Positions 1-7,231 of a stretch of 26,066 nucleotides of DNA are shown here, one piece after another. Each line of letters opens with the position of its first letter. Position 1 is the stretch's first letter. Made by a program: the position numbers and the translations under genes. Under the pieces are notes generated by a model. That model saw only the letters and a list, made by a program, of their open reading frames with translations. It did not search any database and was not told the DNA's origin. This DNA is from an uncultured Gammaproteobacteria bacterium (GTDB lineage: Bacteria; Patescibacteriota; Patescibacteriia; CAZBFB01): the NCBI GenBank assembly GCA_964491085.1, contig CAZBFB010000057.1, positions 1-26,066 on the forward strand, given 5' to 3'.

Positions 1-114
1 AACAATCAAAAAACCGATAAAAAACATTTGCTTTCTAAGGTCAGGGCGTTTAATAAAAATTAAGAGCCAAATTATTGATAGAAATAAGGCTCCAAATGCG
101 TATCCGTATTCCAT
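1..114 (-). CDS. hypothetical membrane protein, N-terminal fragment running off the left edge
   Basis: Hand translation of the minus strand from ATG (112-114) gives MEYGYAFGALFLSIIWLLIFIKRPDLRKQMFFIGFLIV, open to base 1. It is hydrophobic and TM-like, too short for the ORF track, and AT-rich unlike the backbone. Confidence 0.4.
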   Translation of the reverse strand, partial: MEYGYAFGALFLSIIWLLIFIKRPDLRKQMFFIGFLIV

Positions 115-348
115 ATGATTAAAAAATTTTCTTCCCCCAAATTAAAATATGGTTCGCGCCGACCCGCTTCGCCGGAGCTTTAGCGAGGCGAGTGTTTTTC
201 TCCGGGTTCTTTTGCGGTTTTGAGCGGTGCGGCTCCCCGGCCTCGCCGAGACGGCGAGTCGAGGCGGGCGCCGCCTTTCCGAATTTTCGCGGGGGGAATT
301 CCTCGCCGCCGCCGGCGGCGAAATGCGTTCGGACTAATTCAAGAATTC

Positions 349-420
349 TGCTCCCGAGAGGAATCGAACCTCTATTACAAGATCCGGAATCTTGCGTCCT
401 ATCCGTTGAACGACGAGAGC
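349..420 (-). tRNA. tRNA-Arg (anticodon CCG), CCA not encoded
   Basis: The reverse complement folds as a 72-nt cloverleaf: acceptor GCTCTCG/CGGGAGC, D stem GTTC/GGAC, anticodon stem CAAGA/TCTTG with loop TTCCGGA, T arm AGAGG-TTCGATT-CCTCT, discriminator A. Confidence 0.9.
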
Positions 421-1415
421 TTTTTTAACCAACGCAATGCCGCGTACATCCTATACCACTGCGACTGACAAATCAAATCATATGTGCCGCCATATTCTTT
501 AATGTGGCCGCCGAAGCCTTGTTTGAATCGCGTGATCCCAGCCCAGTCAGGCCGCGTTCCGGTCGTATTCACACCCCACCAATCATACTGCCGATACCCA
601 AGTGCTTGCACGCGCTGAATAATTTCCCAATGCAAAAGATATGGCGCCATCAACTGACGATCGGTGTTGCTAGACGCGCCGTGCAAATATGTCGCGGTAT
701 CACCAAACACGGCAACCATGGCCGCGGCCAAAACTTGCTCGCCGCGCCGAGCCACAAATATAGTGACGGCTAATTCACGCGCCGCCGCCGACGGTAATGC
801 CATCACCCCAAGTTGTTTTAACAAGGTGCTATAGTGCTGATCCGAATGAGCGGTAAATTTATCGCGGGCACTCGTCATTTTCATCAGTCGCAAAAAATCC
901 GCTGCCGCGTTGCTCACTGCAACTACCACTCCGTGCCGCTTGGCCACTTTGATATTATATCGCGTCTTGGCATGCATGCCCGTTGGCAACACTTCGACTG
1001 GTTGCGTCAAATCAAGCAAGCTGGTTTCCACCGGATGAATTTCTTTTACCCGCTGACCCACACCAGTCACTGCCGTCGCCGGCTCAACGCGTATAAACAC
1101 CACTTGGGGACGAGACGCACACCAGCGTTGACGCAACAACGCCAGCATACTTGGCATCAAGTCGGGCGACGACATCACTGGCCCATACGGCAAAAAAATA
1201 TATTTCTTATTACCAAACAACGTCCGCTCCACTGCCAGCGCTTGCGCCACCAACGCACCAGCATCATCGTGTATCGCCAACCGCTCAATACCTTGTCCTT
1301 CCGCTCGCAAACACTCCCCCCATTCCCACGATTGCAAAAAAAGGCGGTCGTGTGCTGGCGAAGCGAGGAGAAAGGAATTCCAGGTGGTTTTATTTTTTAT
1401 TTCCCGTATTTGCAC
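399..1415 (-). CDS. FemAB-family (FemX/MurM-like) peptidoglycan aminoacyl-tRNA-dependent transferase
   Basis: 338-aa ORF with FemAB-like motifs FLQSWEWGE, ATYLHGASS and APYLLHWEIIQ. GTG start lies 14 nt after the ruvA stop (operon). The last 22 nt overlap the 5' part of tRNA-Arg. Confidence 0.75.
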   Translation of the reverse strand: MQIREIKNKTTWNSFLLASPAHDRLFLQSWEWGECLRAEGQGIERLAIHDDAGALVAQALAVERTLFGNKKYIFLPYGPVMSSPDLMPSMLALLRQRWCASRPQVVFIRVEPATAVTGVGQRVKEIHPVETSLLDLTQPVEVLPTGMHAKTRYNIKVAKRHGVVVAVSNAAADFLRLMKMTSARDKFTAHSDQHYSTLLKQLGVMALPSAAARELAVTIFVARRGEQVLAAAMVAVFGDTATYLHGASSNTDRQLMAPYLLHWEIIQRVQALGYRQYDWWGVNTTGTRPDWAGITRFKQGFGGHIKEYGGTYDLICQSQWYRMYAALRWLKKLSSFNG

Positions 1416-1429
1416 AAAAACTTAAAAAT

Positions 1430-1990
1430 TTACGACAAGTTTTTCAACGCCTCTCTCACCTTCTTTCCCACCTCGCCCGTGCCGACCACTTTCCCCGCCG
1501 CTATTTCCGCGTCTTTCTTCTGATAGCCCAGCGCCACCAACGCCGATACCACATCGGCATCACCGCGCGGAGCGAGAACCGACGTGCCGTCGTCGCCAAA
1601 TTTGGAACGCAGTTCGAGCACGATCCGCTCCGCGGTTTTTTTGCCAATGCCGGAAACGCGAGTGAACACGGCGGTTTCATTTTGCACTACCGCGCGCCGC
1701 ACATCATCCGGCGAGTTCAGTGCTAAAATCGCGATCACCGATTTCGGCCCCACGCCGGATACCGAATCAAGCGCTTTAAACATAGCCAATTCTTCGGCCG
1801 TACGCACGCCGTACAAATCACTCACATCCTCACGCACCACATGATGAATCCAAACCTGCAAGCGATCGCCGCTGTGCAATTCCGCCAACCATATCGGCGA
1901 CAAAAAAACCTCATACCCCACCCCGCCCACCAACATCGTGGCGGTCGTAACACCGAGATTGATAATAGTGCCATCAAGATAGCCGATCAT
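1430..1990 (-). CDS. ruvA: Holliday junction DNA helicase subunit RuvA
   Basis: Canonical N-terminus MIGYLDG from the ATG at 1988-1990 (the longer track ORF begins at a TTG). Also GGVGYEV and HhH motifs VSGVGPK and VSGIGKKTAERI. Confidence 0.9.
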   Translation of the reverse strand: MIGYLDGTIINLGVTTATMLVGGVGYEVFLSPIWLAELHSGDRLQVWIHHVVREDVSDLYGVRTAEELAMFKALDSVSGVGPKSVIAILALNSPDDVRRAVVQNETAVFTRVSGIGKKTAERIVLELRSKFGDDGTSVLAPRGDADVVSALVALGYQKKDAEIAAGKVVGTGEVGKKVREALKNLS

Positions 1991-2053
1991 AGCTATACAA
2001 AAAAACAATAAATCGCTAGTATCAGCATAGCACCCAAACCTAAAAATTCCAAT

Positions 2054-4105
2054 GTGAACACCTTCGCACTCACCTCTGACCTAAAACCCACCGGCGATCA
2101 ACCGCAAGCGATTGCGGCGTTGACTGATTGGCTGGGAGAAGGCAACGAATATCAAACCCTGCTCGGCGTAACCGGCTCGGGGAAAACTTTCACCATGGCC
2201 AACGTGATTGCGAATCTCCAACGACCGACACTCGTTATCTCGCCGAACAAAACTCTGGCCGCGCAATTAGCCGGCGAATTTCACACCCTGTTCCCCACGA
2301 ACGCCGTGCATTATTTTGTTTCCTACTACGACTACTATCAACCCGAAGCGTACATTCCGCAAAGTGACACCTACATTGCCAAAGACGCGGCCATCAACGA
2401 CGAGATTGATCGCTTGCGCCACGCCGCCACTCACGATTTGTTGACGCGCTCGGATGTAATCGTCGTGGCGAGCGTCTCCTGCATTTACGGTTTGGGAAAT
2501 CCAACGGCCTATGCCGCGCTATCCTTCCCCGTGTCCGTCGGATCATCCTACGAACGCCGCGATCTGCTGTTAAAATTAACCGAACTGCAATATCAACGCA
2601 ACGACACCGAACCCAAACGCGGCACATACCAGGTCAAAGGTGAAATCATCACCATCTATCCGCCGTTCGCGCTCGAACGCCTTGTGCGCTTGCAATTTTT
2701 CGGCAAACGGTTGGAAAAAATCGAAGAGCTCCACGCCATCACCCATGAAGTCCTCTCCGTTTTCGAAACCGTGCATTTATTTCCGGCCAAACATTACCTC
2801 GCGCCGGAACGCGCCGTCGCGCAAGTAACGGATATGATCCGGGCTGAATTGGAAATCCACCTCGCGCTGTTGAAAAAAAATAATAAGCTGGTGGAAGCAC
2901 AGCGTCTACAAGAACGAACAAATTACGACTTGGAATTATTGGAAACCACCGGCTACTGCCAAGGGATTGAAAACTATTCGCGCTACTTCGACGGCCGCAA
3001 CCCCGGCGATTCACCGTTCACCTTGATTGATTATTTCCGCCACGCCTACAACCGAGACTGGCTCACGTTTATTGACGAATCCCACATCACGGTGCCGCAA
3101 ATCCGCGGCATGCACGCCGGCGATCAAGCGCGCAAAACCACGCTAATTGATTTTGGTTTTCGTTTGCCCTCGGCGCTCGACAACCGACCGCTCACTTTTG
3201 CCGAATTTGAAGATAAAGTGCCGCAGACCACCTATGTCTCGGCCACGCCAGCAGATTATGAAATTACCCAATCGCGTAGCAAACCCCATTCGGGTCATTC
3301 GGATACATTCGGGTCATTCGGATCGGTAAGCGATTCCCCGAGAATCACCGAACAAATTATCCGCCCGACCGGTCTGCTTGATCCAGAGATTGAAATCCGT
3401 CCGAGCGAAGGCCAAATCAAAAATTTGATCAACGAAATTGAAATGCGTACCGCTAAACACCAACGCGTACTGGTGACTACGCTGACCAAACGCCTAGCCG
3501 AAGATCTGGCGGATTATCTCACGCAAGAGGGCATCAAAGTTCACTATCTGCACTCCGAAGTGGACACGCTTGACCGCATTCAAATTTTGCAAGACCTGCG
3601 CCGCGGCGTGTATGATGTGGTGGTCGGCATCAATTTGTTGCGTGAGGGTTTGGATTTGCCAGAGGTCTCGCTGGTGGCCATTTTGGACGCGGACAAAGAA
3701 GGATTTTTGCGCTCGCATACTTCCCTCCTGCAAACCATGGGCCGCGCGGCGCGGCATGCCGAAGGTTATGTCATCATGTATGCTGATAAAATTACCGGCT
3801 CGATGAAATCAGCCCGGGCAGAATCAAACCGTCGCCGGGTCGTGCAACAAAAATATAATGAGGAGCATAACATCACGCCGCAAACCATCACCAAAGCGAT
3901 CGATTCGAGCGATTGGATTTTGCAACTCACGCGCAAACGCACGGCTGAAGAAGCCCCTCTGCCGGACTCGAGCGCGCTGTCACCTAAAGAACGCGAACAA
4001 TTAATCAGCGATCTAAAAACGCAAATGGACTTGGCGGCACGCAACCTGGAGTTCGAAAAAGCCGCATTACTACGAGATCAAATTAAACAAATACGGAAGA
4101 AATAA
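2054..4105 (+). CDS. uvrB: excinuclease ABC subunit B
   Basis: GTG start. Walker A [33 protein letters not shown], helicase motifs [10 protein letters not shown] and GRAAR, C-terminal UVR domain [13 protein letters not shown]. Confidence 0.95.
   Translation: [683 protein letters not shown]
3287..3324 (+). repeat. tandem 19-bp duplication (four CATTCGG sub-repeats) in frame inside uvrB
   Basis: CATTCGGGTCATTCGGATA (3287-3305) is followed by CATTCGGGTCATTCGGATC (3306-3324). It encodes [13 protein letters not shown] within an apparent insert before [14 protein letters not shown]. Confidence 0.85.
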
Positions 4106-4206
4106 ACAACAAATATCCATAAATATCAAGCAGTATCTATAAATATCTGATACTAGTAGATACTTGCTCGCTCCGCTCACGATATTGGCAGATACTAATT
4201 TAACGT

Positions 4207-4893
4207 ATGTTCGGTTTTTTATATATCAACAAACCCTCCGGCCCCACTTCGCATGACATCGTGGATAGCGCGCGTCGCTTGACTGGCGAGCGACGGGTTG
4301 GTCATGCTGGTACGCTCGATCCGTTCGCGTCCGGATTGTTGATTGTTGGCGTTGGCCGCGAGGCGACTAAACATTTGGGAGAATTGATCGGGCTGGATAA
4401 AGAATACATTGCGACCATTAAACTCGGGGCCACTTCGGATACGTATGACCGCACGGGAAAGATTACCGGTACCGGTCATCAGGAACCAGTCACTAGGGAA
4501 AGAATACAAAATGTTCTGCAAAAATTCACGGGTACGATTCAGCAAATTCCACCCATGTACTCGGCGAAAAAAATCAACGGCAAAAAATTATACGAACTCG
4601 CGCGCGCCGGCAAAGAGATCACGCGCCAGCCAAACGCCGTCACAATCCATAATCTCGAACTGCTCGAATATGATATTAAAAACCACCTGCTAAAAATAAT
4701 CGGCACGGTCAGCTCCGGCACCTACATTCGCTCCCTCGCCCATGATATCGGCCAAGCGCTGGGGTGCGGCGCATACGTCGCAGAACTCGAACGTACTGCC
4801 ATTGGCCCGTTCAAACTAACCGAAGCGCAAACTCTCAACGAGCCGCTACAGTATCAAAAATGGGAAACAATAAAAACAAAATTACTAAATTAG
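4207..4893 (+). CDS. truB: tRNA pseudouridine(55) synthase
   Basis: Catalytic Asp motif GHAGTLDP, plus QIPPMYSAKK and GTYIRSLAHDIG. Confidence 0.9.
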   Translation: MFGFLYINKPSGPTSHDIVDSARRLTGERRVGHAGTLDPFASGLLIVGVGREATKHLGELIGLDKEYIATIKLGATSDTYDRTGKITGTGHQEPVTRERIQNVLQKFTGTIQQIPPMYSAKKINGKKLYELARAGKEITRQPNAVTIHNLELLEYDIKNHLLKIIGTVSSGTYIRSLAHDIGQALGCGAYVAELERTAIGPFKLTEAQTLNEPLQYQKWETIKTKLLN

Positions 4894-4929
4894 TCCCGAG
4901 GACTACATATAGTCCCGAGGACTACATAT
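4892..4929. repeat. perfect tandem duplication of a 19-mer overlapping the truB stop codon
   Basis: AGTCCCGAGGACTACATAT occurs at 4892-4910 and again at 4911-4929. Confidence 0.9.
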
Positions 4930-4975
4930 GCTAATTTCCGTCTGGGGCGGAAAATTACTAATATGAATCTCCGGT

Positions 4976-5153
4976 TGTCATTCCCGTGAAAACGGGAATC
5001 CAGACCCCCCAGCTTAATAATTTCTAATACCCAATTCCCAATTTCCAACAAAATGTCCAATGCTTAATGCCAAATTTCATTGGAAATTGGATATTGGTAA
5101 TTGGAAATTTGAATAGGGGTTAATCTGGATCCCCGATCAGGTCGGGGATGACA
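4976..5153. repeat. MITE-like composite palindrome bounded by inverted R1 (TGTCAT-hairpin) modules
   Basis: Left end is TGTCATTCCCGTGAAAACGGGAATCCAGA (4976-5005). Right end is TCTGGATCCCCGATCAGGTCGGGGATGACA (5124-5153) in inverted orientation. An internal AT-rich inverted repeat pairs CCAATTCCCAATTTCCAA (5031-5048) with TTGGAAATTGG..TTGGAAATTT (5081-5110). No ORF. Confidence 0.7.
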
Positions 5154-5178
5154 TGGTGCATTAATTTATTAGCAATTT

Positions 5179-5211
5179 CCCGCCATAGGCGGATCATCCT
5201 CTGACTGAAAG
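5179..5211 (+). repeat. R5 repeat copy (CCGCC-N3-GGCGGATC-N-CTGAA)
   Basis: CCCGCCATAGGCGGATCATCCTCTGACTGAAAG. Related copies are at 6829-6861 and 17308-17338, all in the same orientation. Confidence 0.7.
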
Positions 5212-5278
5212 AATTAATAAACTAGCAAATTTAAAAACAGGAGTGAAGCGAGCCGACCGCTCACCTCACTCCTCGTTA

Positions 5279-6688
5279 CTACACCTGCTCCGGACTGGGG
5301 CCGCCGCCGTAACAAAAATCACATACCGAACCGACTTTCGCCACTTCCGCTATCACCCGACGATAACGGAACTGATCCAGAAACAGCACCGAATCAGCCC
5401 CCAGCTCTTGAGCGAGCCAATTAGCGTCTTGCTCAATACCCGGCAAGCGCGCCGCCAAGAGTTGATCCGTCCGCGGCATGGTCACGCCATAAGGACAGAC
5501 GCGCTTGATGGGCGATGACGCTACTCGCAGATGGACTTCGCGAGCGCCGCCAAGACGCAACAGTTTAATCACACGCCGCGCCGTGCTACCGACCAGCAAA
5601 GAATCGTCCACCACCACCAGACGTTGTCCCTTGACCATGGCGGGCACAATTCCCAGCTCGATCTTGGTACCAAACACCTGAACTTTGGTGCCATCATCCG
5701 GTTCAGGCACGTGCCGGCCACCGAAAGGATTTTTTTGAATCACCGGATGAAACGGCAATCCTCGCGCCGCGGCATAGCCATGACCAGCCACAATCCCGCT
5801 CATCGGTACAGCTGCCACAAAATCCACGGGCGTTTGATCTCGAGCGGCCAACTCCTGACCTAGGGCATAGCGCAATCTATAGACCGATCCAAAGTCACCA
5901 TCGGTCGCGGTATGCAACGGAATGAAAGCGGCCCGATGCAAACACGGAGTGGGCACGACTTCACTGTGCGCGAAACGCACCCGCTCTATTTCCATCTGCT
6001 GACCGCGCGCGCGAAATACCGTCATGAACCCCGACCGAATTACTTGGGCCCGGTGCGCCTCAACCAGCGGGAAACTCGTGCGCTCGCTCGATAACACCAC
6101 GCCACCGGCTACCGGCAACTCGGCTTGATAAAGCGCGTGCACCCCGTGAGGATCGCGCGCGGCGATTATCACTTGCTCGCGCGGCGCCAAGATCAACAGC
6201 GCATAAGCTCCGCGAACGCGATTCAGAGCCGTGGCCAAACGATCAGCCAACGAACCGCGCGCTCGCGCTAGGAAATGCGCTAACAATTCCGGATCACTCA
6301 CTTCACTATCGCCAGAAAACAGCGCGGTATCACGCAATTCTGCCAACAACGATGCCCGATTGGTGAACGCGCCATGAAAAGCGATGGCCAGCGGACCCAG
6401 CGCGCCGTGATTTGGTATCGCGAACAGACAAGTATCCCACGCCGGACGATCGGCACTGGCCTTGCTCACTTGGCCGATAGTCATAGTCCCGCGCAAGCGC
6501 TTCAACTTGGCTTCATTAAATATCTCCGTGACCAAACCATAACCGCCATGGACACCAAGCTCACCCGCACCGGACATGATGGCCACATGCGCGCTCTGGC
6601 TGCCGAGATGCTGTAAGCCGTGCAGGCACGGCACCACAAACTGTGCCGCGTCATCTTGCCCGCTCAACACACCAACAATTCCGCTCAT
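5279..6688 (-). CDS. amidophosphoribosyltransferase (PurF)-like protein with degenerate glutaminase active site
   Basis: Class-II GATase plus PRTase layout. PRPP motif RLVVVDDSLLVGST and C-terminal CDFCYGG resemble the Fe-S type PurF. The start is assigned to the second ATG (6686-6688), 8 nt after TAAGGAGGGA, giving MSGIVGV where canonical PurF has MCGIVG. Confidence 0.75.
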   Translation of the reverse strand: MSGIVGVLSGQDDAAQFVVPCLHGLQHLGSQSAHVAIMSGAGELGVHGGYGLVTEIFNEAKLKRLRGTMTIGQVSKASADRPAWDTCLFAIPNHGALGPLAIAFHGAFTNRASLLAELRDTALFSGDSEVSDPELLAHFLARARGSLADRLATALNRVRGAYALLILAPREQVIIAARDPHGVHALYQAELPVAGGVVLSSERTSFPLVEAHRAQVIRSGFMTVFRARGQQMEIERVRFAHSEVVPTPCLHRAAFIPLHTATDGDFGSVYRLRYALGQELAARDQTPVDFVAAVPMSGIVAGHGYAAARGLPFHPVIQKNPFGGRHVPEPDDGTKVQVFGTKIELGIVPAMVKGQRLVVVDDSLLVGSTARRVIKLLRLGGAREVHLRVASSPIKRVCPYGVTMPRTDQLLAARLPGIEQDANWLAQELGADSVLFLDQFRYRRVIAEVAKVGSVCDFCYGGGPSPEQV

Positions 6689-6761
6689 GAGCATTCCCTC
6701 CTTAGAAATTTGTCACCCCCCACCGCCAGACCTTACCAAATGATGACAATCAGTTCAACTG

Positions 6762-6789
6762 TTGCAAAAATTTGAAGCTATGGTATAGT
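6762..6789 (+). promoter_or_regulatory. sigma70-type promoter for rpsT (TTGCAA-N16-TGgTATAGT)
   Basis: -35 TTGCAA at 6762-6767, extended -10 TGGTATAGT at 6781-6789. The leader of about 77 nt runs to the rpsT ATG. Confidence 0.55.
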
Positions 6790-6805
6790 GCTTTTACTTA
6801 ACCTA

Positions 6806-6861
6806 AAAAGCTACTGAAGCTATAAGCTTCCGCCCAAGGCGGATCAGCCTCTGGCTGAAGG
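6806..6861 (+). repeat. rpsT leader carrying an R4 copy (AAAAGCTACTGAAGCTA) and an R5 copy
   Basis: R4 is at 6806-6822, identical to 8398-8414. R5 is TCCGCCCAAGGCGGATCAGCCTCTGGCTGAAGG at 6829-6861, enclosed by the AGCTTCC/GGAAGCT stem. Confidence 0.7.
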
Positions 6862-6872
6862 AAGCTACCCTT

Positions 6873-7127
6873 ATGCCCAATACCCAATCAGCCGCCAAGC
6901 GCTTGCGCCAAACCAGCAAAGCCACTGCCAAAAACGTCCAAGCCAAGCGCACAATAAAATATCTGGTCAAAGAAACGCGCGGCGCCGTGGCGACATCAAA
7001 AGACGAAGCGTTGAAATTATACCGCTCCGCCCAAAAAGCCATTGATAAAGCCGCGCAACGCGGAGTTATCACCAAAAACACCGCTGCTCGCCGCAAATCA
7101 CGATTAATGAAAGCGATCATAAAATAA
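6873..7127 (+). CDS. rpsT: 30S ribosomal protein S20
   Basis: 84-aa basic protein with the typical N-terminus MPNTQSAAKRLRQ and an SD-like GAAGGAAG upstream. Confidence 0.9.
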   Translation: MPNTQSAAKRLRQTSKATAKNVQAKRTIKYLVKETRGAVATSKDEALKLYRSAQKAIDKAAQRGVITKNTAARRKSRLMKAIIK

Positions 7128-7136
7128 TTTTGATTT

Positions 7137-7179
7137 TTCCTCCCTCTTTATGCAGAAGGGGGAGGTCAGGTGGGGGATT
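7137..7179 (-). repeat. R3 repeat copy (intergenic, inverted relative to the pepP-internal copy)
   Basis: The reverse complement AATCCCCCACCTGACCTCCCCCTTCTGCATAAAGAGGGAGGAA matches 7496-7536 except for the loop and 1-2 other bases. Confidence 0.8.
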
Positions 7180-7208
7180 AAAACAGCTTTAAAAAGCTGT
7201 TTTAATTT
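7180..7208 (+). terminator. rpsT intrinsic terminator hairpin
   Basis: AAAACAGCTT-TAAA-AAGCTGTTTT forms a 10-bp stem with a 4-nt loop, with T residues at the 3' side. Confidence 0.6.
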
Positions 7209-7216
7209 CCAAAAAT

Positions 7217-7225
7217 TGGTATACT
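7217..7225 (+). promoter_or_regulatory. extended -10 box (TGgTATACT) 6 nt upstream of the pepP ATG; predicted leaderless mRNA
   Basis: TGGTATACT-GTCTCC-ATG, with no SD possible. Confidence 0.5.
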
Positions 7226-7231
7226 GTCTCC

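Noticed and set aside
150-348. Possible cobalamin riboswitch (partial resemblance: GAGGAA.., GCGAAAATTCGG, CCCGCC, AACCCGGAGA)
   Set aside because: The diagnostic B12 box (..AGCCAGGAGACCTGCC-like) and the GCCACTG motif are not present, and the matches are short and GC-biased. It is kept only as something a covariance-model search could settle.
192-468. Two plus-strand ORFs (78 and 82 aa) in the GC-rich block
   Set aside because: Arg/Pro/Gly-rich translations with non-ATG starts that overlap the tRNA-Arg gene. They are most likely artefacts of GC-rich non-coding sequence.
3287-4929. CRISPR array (tandem 19-mers in uvrB and after truB)
   Set aside because: There are only two adjacent copies each, with no spacers and no cas genes. 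These are simple tandem duplications.
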